Assembly: GCA_038213835.1 (NCBI GenBank)
Contig: JBBQSN010000002.1
Location: forward strand, 1-49,247
Origin: Actinomycetales bacterium
Lineage (GTDB): Bacteria > Actinomycetota > Actinomycetes > Actinomycetales > CAWJMD01
Length of the DNA: 49,247 nucleotides
Direction: 5' to 3'
Shown piece after piece: positions 42,297 through 49,247 of this stretch. A program made the translations under genes and the position numbers. The notes beneath the pieces are model-generated. The model was not told the DNA's origin. It was given only the letters and a program-made list of their open reading frames with translations, and searched no databases. Each line of letters starts with the position of its first letter. Position 1 is the stretch's first letter.

Positions 42297-44126
42297 TCAG
42301 CGTCCGACGGCGTACCCCTGCGAGCTGCGCGGGTCGGCGGCCGCGCGCAGCCACTCGCCGTCGCGGGCCACGGCCGACAACCGGCCCAGGGACCAGCCGT
42401 CGACGACCTCGACCTCGTGGCCGAGGCCGCGCAGGGCGTCCAGGGTCGCGGCCGGCCAGCGGTCCTCGGCGACGAGCACCCCCGGACGGGCCTGGCGGGG
42501 GTAGAACGAGGAGGTCACGTGGTCGGTGTGCACCATCGGGGCGTCGATCGCGGCCTGCAGCGCCTGGTCGACCCCGCGGGGCCCGTGCACGGCCCGTAGC
42601 AGGAAGGTGAGCTGCCACTGGTCCTGCTGATCGCCTCCCGGCGTGCCGAACGCCATCCACGGCTTCCCCTCGCGCAGGGCGAGCGCGGGCGACAGCGTCG
42701 TCCGCGGGCGCGCTCCGGGCCGCAGCGACGCCGGGAGCCCCTGCTCGAGCCAGAACATCTGCCCGCGCGTGCCGAGGGGGAACCCCAGGCCCGGCACCAC
42801 CGGGGACGACTGCAGCCAGGCGCCCGAGGGCGTCGCCGACACCATGTTCCCCCAGCGGTCGACGACGTCGACGTGGCAGGTGTCGCCCCGCGCCGCGCCG
42901 TCGCCCTCCACCCGCGTGACCGTCGGTTCGCCCACCCCCGGGCTCGGCGTGGCGCCCCCGCCTCCGGTCGCACGCTCCAGCGAGGGGACCGGTCGCGGCA
43001 GCACCGGGTCGAGACCGCCGGGCCGCCCCGGACGCAGGTCGGGCGAAGCCGCCCCCGGGTCCAGGAGCACTGCCCGCGCCGCGGAGTAGGCCGGGTCCAG
43101 CAGCGCCTCGGCACCGATCGGTGCACCGTCCGGCTCGCCGTACCAGGCCTCGCGGTCGGCCATCGAGAGCTTGAGCGACTCGACCACCGCGTGCACCCAG
43201 GTCGGGTCGGCGTCGTCCAGGCGGTCGGGCAGCCCCACCCGGTCGAGCACGGCGAGCGCCTGCAGCACCGTGGGCCCCTGACCCCACGGACCCGTCTTGG
43301 CGACCTCGACGTCGCGGTACCGGCCCACCAGCGGGGCCTCGACCGTGGCACGCCAGCCGGCCAGGTCGTCGGCCGTCAGCAGCCCGTGGTGCCGCTCGCC
43401 GGAGGTGTCCATCCAGGCGCGGTCGCGGCCGAAGGCGTCGACCGCCTCCGCGACGAAGCCCTCGTACCAGGCCCGCCGGGCCGCCTCGAGCTGGGTGTCG
43501 CGGTCGCCGCCCGCCGCCTCCGCCTGCGTCAGCACCCGGCGGTAGGTCTCGCCCAGACCGGTGAGCCGCAACCGGGACCAGGGCGTCGGCGCGACGCCGT
43601 CGACCAGGTAGGTGGACGCCGACGGCTCCCACTCCTTCGTGAAGGTGCTGCTCATCGCAGCGATGGTGGCGCTGACCCGCGGCAGCACCGGGGCGCCGTC
43701 CAGGGCGTACCCGATGGCCGGCTCGAGCACGTCGCGCAGCGACCAGGTGCCCCAGCGTCGCAACATCTCCAGCCACCCCCCGAAGGCGCCGGGGACGACT
43801 GCCGCGAGCGGCCCGGTTCCCGGCACGGCGTCCAGGCCGAGGTCGGTGAAGGCGGCCGCGGTGGCGGCCGCAGGGGCCACGCCCTGGCCGCACACCACGT
43901 GCACCTGCTGGTCCGCCTCGCTCCACAGCACCACCGGGAGGTCGCCGCCCGGCCCGTTCAGGTGCGGCTCGACCACCTGCAGGACGAACCCCGCCGCGGC
44001 GGCGGCGTCGAAGGCGTTGCCGCCCCGCTCCAGCACCGACATCGCCGTCTGGGACGCCAGCCAGTGCGTGCTGGCCGCCATCGCGAAGCTGCCGGCGAGC
44101 TCGGGGCGGGTGCTGGCGAGAGGCAT
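42297..44126 (-). CDS. ggt: gamma-glutamyltransferase family protein
   Basis: GGNAFDAA and PHLNGPGGD motifs, with the autoprocessing region DTCHVDVVDRWGNMVSATPSG. ATG 44126 is codon 9 of the tracked ORF. Confidence 0.88.
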   Translation of the reverse strand: MPLASTRPELAGSFAMAASTHWLASQTAMSVLERGGNAFDAAAAAGFVLQVVEPHLNGPGGDLPVVLWSEADQQVHVVCGQGVAPAAATAAAFTDLGLDAVPGTGPLAAVVPGAFGGWLEMLRRWGTWSLRDVLEPAIGYALDGAPVLPRVSATIAAMSSTFTKEWEPSASTYLVDGVAPTPWSRLRLTGLGETYRRVLTQAEAAGGDRDTQLEAARRAWYEGFVAEAVDAFGRDRAWMDTSGERHHGLLTADDLAGWRATVEAPLVGRYRDVEVAKTGPWGQGPTVLQALAVLDRVGLPDRLDDADPTWVHAVVESLKLSMADREAWYGEPDGAPIGAEALLDPAYSAARAVLLDPGAASPDLRPGRPGGLDPVLPRPVPSLERATGGGGATPSPGVGEPTVTRVEGDGAARGDTCHVDVVDRWGNMVSATPSGAWLQSSPVVPGLGFPLGTRGQMFWLEQGLPASLRPGARPRTTLSPALALREGKPWMAFGTPGGDQQDQWQLTFLLRAVHGPRGVDQALQAAIDAPMVHTDHVTSSFYPRQARPGVLVAEDRWPAATLDALRGLGHEVEVVDGWSLGRLSAVARDGEWLRAAADPRSSQGYAVGR

Positions 44127-44171
44127 CCGACCACCCTGCCAGTCCACCACCGACGTGTCAGGTCGAGCGGC

Positions 44172-44666
44172 TCAGGCGGCCTCGGGCAGGTAGTCCTCCC
44201 AGGTCCGGTGCCGACGCTCGGTGCCCCGCACGACCCAGGTGGGTCCGTGCGGTGGCTCCGGACGGTCGCGCAACGACCAGCCCATCTCCTCGGGCGTGCG
44301 GTTGCCCTTCCGGTTGTTGCAGCGCACGCAGCAGGCCACGAGGTTCTCCCACGAGTCCTGGCCGCCGCGGCTGCGGGGCAGCACGTGGTCGACCGTGCCC
44401 GCGGCGGTCCCGCAGTACACGCACAGGTGCCGGTCGCGGCGCAGCACGCCGCGTCGCGAGACGGGGACCGAGCGCCCGAACGGGACCCGCACGTACCGGG
44501 TGAGCAGGATGACCGACGGCCGCGGCAGGGACGTGGCTCCGGCCAGGACGGGGTGCTCGTCAGCGGCCAGCACCGAGGCCTTCCCGGCCAGGACGAGCAC
44601 CAGGGCACGCCGGAAGGACACCACAGCCAGCGGCTCGTAGCCGGCGTTCAGGACAAGCGTGCGCAT
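44172..44666 (-). CDS. HNH endonuclease
   Basis: MRTLVLNAGYEPL N-terminus and HNH core CVYCG..VDHV.PRSRGG..WENLV.CC.RCNNRKG. ATG 44666 is codon 67 of ORF 44172..44864, with a GAGGTGG SD. Confidence 0.85.
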   Translation of the reverse strand: MRTLVLNAGYEPLAVVSFRRALVLVLAGKASVLAADEHPVLAGATSLPRPSVILLTRYVRVPFGRSVPVSRRGVLRRDRHLCVYCGTAAGTVDHVLPRSRGGQDSWENLVACCVRCNNRKGNRTPEEMGWSLRDRPEPPHGPTWVVRGTERRHRTWEDYLPEAA

Positions 44667-45155
44667 GCGTCCACCTCGCTGTGCGGGTCCCGACGGCTTC
44701 GGGACACGTGAGGAACTGCTGGAGGAACCACCACCGGGTCCGGGACGACGGGATGCCCGCTCGCACACAGGAACAGGCGCCGCCCGGGAGGGACGACGCC
44801 TGGTGCTCGGCTCGAGATCGCACCCACCGGCTGGTGCGGCGGGGTCATTGCCCCGCTCCTGCACCGCTGCGTCCCGCGGCAGGCGTGGCGCCGGGGCAGC
44901 CGCGCTCCGCTCCGCGCCCGGTGCGGGCGGAGGGGGTCGACCTGGCCACGGCTACCTCCCGGGGACGTCCCTGGTGCGCCCAGCGTACGCCGGGACGTCG
45001 CGCCGGTCACCGACTTTCCCGGCCGACGCGCGGGGCGGGGCGCGCTGGGCGGCACCCCCGGCCGGCGGCACACAGGTCGTGCGGGCCGCCGTCAGTCCGC
45101 AGCGTGTGCCGGCCCCAGGGGGTGTGTGCGAACGCGCAGAGGGGGGACGCAGGAC

Positions 45156-45184
45156 GGCCCGGCCCCCGTGGCGGGGACCGGGCC
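45156..45184 (-). terminator. GC-rich hairpin downstream of the NlpC/P60 gene (possible intrinsic terminator without U-tract)
   Basis: GGCCCGGCCCC (45156-45166) pairs with GGGGaCCGGGCC (45173-45184), giving 11 bp with one bulge and a 6-nt loop. It lies ~85 nt past the stop codon. There is no T-run, so terminator function is uncertain. Confidence 0.3.
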
Positions 45185-45190
45185 GACCGG

Positions 45191-45229
45191 TGCTGCTGGG
45201 TGGTGCTGCTGGGTGGTGCTGCTGGGTGG
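45191..45229. repeat. 13-bp tandem repeat (TGCTGCTGGGTGG)x3
   Basis: Three perfect units lie at 45191-45203, 45204-45216 and 45217-45229, followed by degenerate copies to ~45267. This is the 3' UTR region of the NlpC/P60 gene. Confidence 0.85.
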
Positions 45230-45267
45230 TGCTCAGTCGTGCGGACGTGCTGGGTCGTGCGGGTGGA

Positions 45268-46080
45268 TCAGCTGTCGAGCACCCGGTAGAAGCCGAAGTC
45301 CGAGGACCACATCTCGCGCTTGGACACCGACTTGCCTGTGGTGGGCGAGTCGTACATGAGGTTCCCGCCGGCGTAGATGCCGATGTGGCCCGGCATGAAG
45401 ACCAGGTCGCCCGGCTGCGCCTCGGAGCGGGAGATCCTGACGGCCGCGCCGGCCTGGGCGCTCGAGGTGCGCGGCAGCGAGACGCCGACCTGCGCGAACA
45501 CGTACTGCACGAAGCCCGAGCAGTCGAACCCCGACGGCGTGGTGCCGCCGTAGCGGTACGGGGTGCCGACGTAGCGGGCCGCCACGGCCATCACGTTGGC
45601 GCGGGAGGAGGACAGGTCGCCGGTGACCGCGGGTGCGGGGGCGGCGGCGGCCTTCGTGGTGGTGCGCTGCTCGCTGCGGGAGACGCGGTCGGTGCTGGCG
45701 GCCCGGGTGGGCGCCACGACGACCGGCGGCGGCGGGGGCGGCGGGGGCGGCGGCGGCGCGACGACCTGGGCGGTGACGGCACCGACCGAGACGGTCTCGA
45801 CGTCGGCGGCGACGGTGAGCTGCTGCTCGACCTCGTCGACGACGGGGGCGACCACCTCGGCGGTGGGCGCCGCCCTCGGCTTCTCCTCGACGGCGTCGCC
45901 GATGGGGGCGGCGTCAGCCGCGGTGACACCCAGCGAGACGACCAGACCGGAGGACGCCGCGATGACGGCTCCCCGGCGACCGGCGGTGCCGACTCCGGCC
46001 TGCAGCTGTGCGGCGAAGGTGGACAGGGGGGTAGTGGGGCGGACCGCTGCGCGGTGCCGTCCCGGAGCACGACTCGACAA
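45268..46080 (-). CDS. NlpC/P60 (C40) peptidoglycan endopeptidase, secreted
   Basis: The C-terminal catalytic domain shows YRYGGTTPSGFDCSGFVQYVF, GDLVFMPGHIGIY and later residues. The N-terminus has a signal/TM region, and the linker contains an 11-Pro run. TTG start with an AGAGAGG SD. Confidence 0.9.
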   Translation of the reverse strand: MSSRAPGRHRAAVRPTTPLSTFAAQLQAGVGTAGRRGAVIAASSGLVVSLGVTAADAAPIGDAVEEKPRAAPTAEVVAPVVDEVEQQLTVAADVETVSVGAVTAQVVAPPPPPPPPPPPVVVAPTRAASTDRVSRSEQRTTTKAAAAPAPAVTGDLSSSRANVMAVAARYVGTPYRYGGTTPSGFDCSGFVQYVFAQVGVSLPRTSSAQAGAAVRISRSEAQPGDLVFMPGHIGIYAGGNLMYDSPTTGKSVSKREMWSSDFGFYRVLDS

Positions 46081-46097
46081 GAAATAGACCTCTCTAC

Positions 46098-46286
46098 CGC
46101 CTACGAGGTGAGCTGTCGGGTTCGGGTGGAGGTTGTGTCACCCGGCCGCGGTGCGAGCACCGCGGCTTCACCCCGAGGTCCGACGACCAGCTACTCGGGC
46201 TGTCGTCGAACCGGATGTGGTTCCCCCGCCCCTGCCAGGCGAAGATCGAGGGGCCACGTCGCGATGGCAGGGCTCGGCGTTCGCGA
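46098..46286 (-). promoter_or_regulatory. ydaO/yuaA-type cyclic-di-AMP riboswitch in the NlpC/P60 leader
   Basis: The minus-strand read is UCGCGAACGCCGAGCC..GGCAGGGGCGGGGGAACCAC..CUCGGGGUGAAGCC..CCACCCGAACCCGACAGCUCACCUCGUAGGCG. This parallels the B. subtilis ydaO elements UCGCUUAAUC..GAGCGGGGGACCCA..GGGGUGAAUCC..ACCCGAAUCCGUCAGCUAACCUCGUAAGCG. It ends ~6 nt before the SD of the hydrolase gene. Confidence 0.75.
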
Positions 46287-46370
46287 CGGGGCCGGTCCAA
46301 GGGTCTGGACCAGCGCCGCGAGGCTAACCCACCAGGTGGGGGAATGTCACACCGAGGTCACGGGGGCGTG

Positions 46371-46394
46371 TCGGTGTGGTCCAGGTCACACCGA
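46371..46394 (-). terminator. hairpin downstream of the DtxR-family gene
   Basis: TCGGTGTG (46371-78) and CACACCGA (46387-94) form an 8-bp stem with an 8-nt loop, 44 nt past the stop. There is no U-tract. It overlaps one copy of an 11-nt direct repeat GTCACACCGAG (46346-56 and 46385-95). Confidence 0.3.
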
Positions 46395-46437
46395 GAGTGA
46401 GCACGGGCACCGCCCAGGAGACCCGATCGGCCCAACC

Positions 46438-47151
46438 TCAGGCGGGAACGGTGACGAAGATGTGGCTGGCAGTGAGATCGGGCAGATCGAGGCCCTCGTC
46501 GTCGTCGCCCCCTCCGACGACGACACCGCCGTCGACCCGACGCACCTGCACGGTCAGACCCGGGCGCACGCCGTTGTCGCTGAGCTGGCCCAGCAGGTCG
46601 GTGTCGACCTGCACCGGCTCGCCGAGCCGGCGCACCTGCACCTGTGCCGCGCCGACCTTGGCCGCCTCGACCAGCGACACCACGCCGGTCATGAAGGTGT
46701 CGTCGTCGGCCGTCTCGCCGAGCTCGGCCAGGCCGGGGATCGGGATGCCGTACGGCGAGTGGGTCGGGTGGCCGAGCACCTCGATCAGGCGCCGCTCGAC
46801 CCGCTCGCTCATGACGTGCTCCCAGCGGCAGGCCTCCTCGTGCACGTGCTCGTAGTCGAGCCCGATGACGTCGATGAGCAGGCACTCGGCCAACCGGTGC
46901 TTGCGCATCACGGAGGTGGCCTTGGAACGCCCGGCGGCGGTGAGCTCGAGGTGGCGGTCGCCGGAGACGACGACGAGGCCGTCGCGCTCCATCCGGGCGA
47001 CGGTCTGCGACACGGTGGGCCCGCTCTGCTGCAGCCGCTCGGCGATGCGCGCACGCAGCGGCGTGATGCCCTCTTCCTCCAGCTCGAAGATGGTCTTGAG
47101 GTACATCTCGGTGGTGTCGATCAGGTCGGTCACGTCGTCCGTCGCCTCCAC
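46438..47151 (-). CDS. DtxR/MntR (SirR)-family metal-dependent transcriptional regulator
   Basis: LIDTTEMYLKTIFELEEEG, RIAERL..SGPTVSQTVARMERDGL and HRLAECLL, plus the metal-site region CRWEHVMS and a C-terminal SH3/FeoA-like domain. The exact start is uncertain: GTG 47151 or GTG 47133. Confidence 0.9.
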   Translation of the reverse strand: MEATDDVTDLIDTTEMYLKTIFELEEEGITPLRARIAERLQQSGPTVSQTVARMERDGLVVVSGDRHLELTAAGRSKATSVMRKHRLAECLLIDVIGLDYEHVHEEACRWEHVMSERVERRLIEVLGHPTHSPYGIPIPGLAELGETADDDTFMTGVVSLVEAAKVGAAQVQVRRLGEPVQVDTDLLGQLSDNGVRPGLTVQVRRVDGGVVVGGGDDDEGLDLPDLTASHIFVTVPA

Positions 47152-47263
47152 GTCCCGCGTCGCTGCCGTCCGTCAGCCTAGTGCTCGGCGCGTGTCGCGC
47201 CGGTCGTGTTCCCGGCCGGGGCCAGCGCTGGCGCGGCCCCCGGGACCGCGCGAGGCTGTCGGC

Positions 47264-48610
47264 ATGCCCGACACCGTGCTGTGGCTGCGCCGCGACCTGC
47301 GACTGCTCGACCACCCGGCCCTGCACGCCGCCGCCGAGCAGGCCGCCGGCGGCCGGGTCCTGCCCCTCTTCGTGCTCGACCCGCGGCTCCTCGCCACCGC
47401 CGGCGCGGCCCGCACCACCTGGCTGCTGCGCTCGCTGGCTGCCCTGCGCGCGGCGACCGACGGGGCGCTGGTGGTGCGCAGCGGCAGGCCGCGGTCCGTG
47501 CTGCCCGAGGTGGTGCGCGAGCTGGGCGGGGCCGCCGTCCACGTCACGGCCGATCCCGGTCCGTTCGGGCGTCGCCGCGACGACGCCGTCGAGCAGGCCA
47601 TGGACGTCCCCCTCGTCCGGAGCGGCACGCCCTACGCGGTCGGCCCCGGCTCGGTCACCAAGGGTGACGGCACGCCGTACGCGGTCTTCACCCCCTTCTC
47701 TCGCGCGTGGCGCGACCACGGCTGGCCGGCACCCGCCCCGGGGCCACCACCCGGCCTGCGCTGGGCCCGGTCGGTCGAGGGCCAGGACCTCCCGGACGAG
47801 CCGGCGCACGACCTCGACCTGCCCGCGGTCGGCGAGGCGGCCGCGCTGGCCCGCTGGGAGGAGTTCCTCGACTCCGACCTCGACGGCTACGCGGACGGCC
47901 GCAACCGTCCGGACCTGGACTCGACCTCGCGGCTGTCGGCGCACCTCAAGTACGGCGAGGTGCACCCGCGCACGCTGCTCGCCGACCTGGCCGGCCGTCG
48001 CTCGGGGGGCGCCGACACGTTCCGCACCGAGCTGGCCTGGCGTGAGTTCTACGCCGACGTGCTCTGGCACCGGCCGCAGACGGCCTGGGAGTACCTGCGT
48101 CCGGAGTTCGGCCGGATGCGGTACGCGCGGCCGGGCACGGCGTTCGAGGCCTGGCAGGCCGGCCGCACCGGCTTCCCGTTCGTCGACGCCGGCATGCGCC
48201 AGCTGCTGGCGACGGGCTGGATGCACAACCGGGTGCGGATGGTGACGGCCAGCTTCCTGGTCAAGGACCTGCACGTGGAGTGGCAGCTCGGCGCCCGGCA
48301 CTTCCTGGACCACCTCGTCGACGGCGACCTCGCGTCCAACAACCACGGCTGGCAGTGGACGGCCGGGTCCGGCACCGACGCCGCGCCGTACTTCCGGGTC
48401 TTCAACCCGGTGTCGCAGGGCGAGAAGTTCGACCCGGCGGGCGAGTACGTACGGCGGTGGGTGCCCGAGCTGAGGCACCTGGCGGGCAGGGCCGCCCACT
48501 CCCCCTGGGACGCCGCCGACGGCTACGCGCACGACTACGCGGAGCGCGTCGTCGACCACAAGGCCGAACGCCAGGAGTCCCTGGACCGGTACGCCGAGAT
48601 CCGGCGCTGA
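47264..48610 (+). CDS. phr: deoxyribodipyrimidine photolyase (cryptochrome/photolyase family)
   Basis: LWLRRDLRLLDHPAL N-terminus, TPYAVFTPF, LSAHLKYGE, WREFY, TGFPFVDAGMRQL, WMHNRVRM, NNHGWQW and PYFRVFNP. ATG 47264 is codon 134 of ORF 46865..48610. Confidence 0.92.
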   Translation: MPDTVLWLRRDLRLLDHPALHAAAEQAAGGRVLPLFVLDPRLLATAGAARTTWLLRSLAALRAATDGALVVRSGRPRSVLPEVVRELGGAAVHVTADPGPFGRRRDDAVEQAMDVPLVRSGTPYAVGPGSVTKGDGTPYAVFTPFSRAWRDHGWPAPAPGPPPGLRWARSVEGQDLPDEPAHDLDLPAVGEAAALARWEEFLDSDLDGYADGRNRPDLDSTSRLSAHLKYGEVHPRTLLADLAGRRSGGADTFRTELAWREFYADVLWHRPQTAWEYLRPEFGRMRYARPGTAFEAWQAGRTGFPFVDAGMRQLLATGWMHNRVRMVTASFLVKDLHVEWQLGARHFLDHLVDGDLASNNHGWQWTAGSGTDAAPYFRVFNPVSQGEKFDPAGEYVRRWVPELRHLAGRAAHSPWDAADGYAHDYAERVVDHKAERQESLDRYAEIRR

Positions 48611-48741
48611 GCGCCGGACCGTCCGCACGCCGGGACCTCGGGACGAATCGGGACGTCATGCCTTGACAACGGGCCCGGGTCGCGGTCCGATCAGGGGCCC
48701 CGGGGACCGTCCCCGTCGGCTGCCCGGGGAGCGAGGTCCAC

Positions 48742-49247
48742 GTGAGCGGCACCAGCCCGTCCACCACCGCCGGTGCAGAACCCGCCGATGGGGAGCTGAC
48801 CCGGTCCATCACCGGGAAGCTCCTGTTCTTCTACGTGCTCGGCGACGTGCTGGGCTCGGGGATCTACGTCCTCATCGGCCTGGTCGCCGGTGCCGTGGGC
48901 GGTGCCTTCTGGATCGCGTTCGCGGTCGGCGTCACGGTCGCCACCATCACCGGCCTGGCCTACGCCGAGCTGGTGACCAAGTTCCCGCAGGCGGCCGGAG
49001 CGGCCCTCTACGTCAACAAGGCGTTCCGCAACCGGGCCCTGACCTTCTTCATCACGGTGTGCATGCTGTCGGCGAGCTTCGCCGCCGCCGGGTCGCTGGC
49101 CACCGGATTCTCCCTGTACTTCGCACAGGTCTGGGCGCTCCCCCCGGCCCTGCTGATCGCGCTCGTCTTCGTGCTGCTCCTCGCGGTGGTCAACTTCATC
49201 GGCATCACCGAGTCGGTCGTGGCGAACATGCTGATGACCTTCGTCGA
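48742..49247 (+). CDS. APC-family amino acid permease, N-terminal part; 3' end outside window
   Basis: GTG 48742 opens a frame that stays open to the window end. The translation is VSGTSPSTTAGAEPADGELTRSITGKLLFFYVLGDVLGSGIYVLIG..AYAELVTKFPQAAGAALYVNKAF... It shows several TM helices and high GC3. It is absent from the ORF track because no stop is reached. Confidence 0.8.
   Translation, partial: MSGTSPSTTAGAEPADGELTRSITGKLLFFYVLGDVLGSGIYVLIGLVAGAVGGAFWIAFAVGVTVATITGLAYAELVTKFPQAAGAALYVNKAFRNRALTFFITVCMLSASFAAAGSLATGFSLYFAQVWALPPALLIALVFVLLLAVVNFIGITESVVANMLMTFV

Noticed and set aside
45005-45025. GGGAAAGTCGG on the minus strand, resembling the RNase P RNA GGAAAGUCCGG box
   Set aside because: The other universally conserved RNase P elements (e.g. 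ACAGNRAANCCGGCUUA, GGUAAGGGUGAAA) are absent from the surrounding 500 bp.
46319-46333. GAGGCTAACCCAC resembling half of an IdeR/DtxR iron box (TTAGGTTAGGCTAACCTAA), just downstream of the DtxR-family gene
   Set aside because: Only the right half-site matches (about 7/9). The left half is unrelated, so there is no dyad symmetry. This is probably chance.
48655-48700. TTGACA hexamer upstream of the permease gene as a -35 promoter element
   Set aside because: No convincing TANNNT -10 hexamer lies at 16-19 nt spacing, so the evidence is insufficient.

Overview
High-GC (about 70%+ by eye) actinobacterial chromosomal segment; gene content and synteny look Micrococcales/Cellulomonas-like, but that is inference only. 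All calls come from reading the ORF-track translations and the DNA by eye; no searches were run. The window is mostly conserved core metabolism. On the + strand: a gal operon (GH42 beta-galactosidase 3' end, deoR, galT, galK), purU and mdh. On the - strand: glyA-folD, monomeric icd, purN-purH, sucC-sucD, pcrA and a perM-like gene, an arrangement like the mycobacterial sucCD/perM/purNH/uvrD1 neighbourhood. Accessory genes include an ArsR-MFS-nucleotidyltransferase-glyoxalase islet, a GH31 hydrolase, a YdeP-type molybdoenzyme, a lipase-like hydrolase, gamma-glutamyltransferase, an HNH nuclease, an NlpC/P60 hydrolase, a DtxR/MntR regulator, a photolyase and an APC permease (3' end cut by the window). 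Two riboswitches are recognisable directly in the DNA: a ZTP (pfl) riboswitch upstream of glyA-folD, and a ydaO-type c-di-AMP riboswitch upstream of the NlpC/P60 gene. The most interesting locus is 21950-24849. It holds a DUF692/MNIO (MbnB/TglH-like multinuclear non-heme iron oxidase) gene translationally coupled to a small orphan protein and to a 66-aa membrane-anchored peptide with a Gly/Ser/Cys-rich C-terminal tail. A paralogous 98-aa anchored Cys/Gly peptide lies just upstream of mdh. I read this as an uncharacterised RiPP-like or anchored-peptide modification system. Other oddities are a roughly 490-bp ORF-free structured region upstream of the HNH gene, an 8-bp x6 and a 13-bp x3 tandem repeat, and a truncated SRPBCC gene. 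No rRNA, tRNA, CRISPR array or mobile element was seen.
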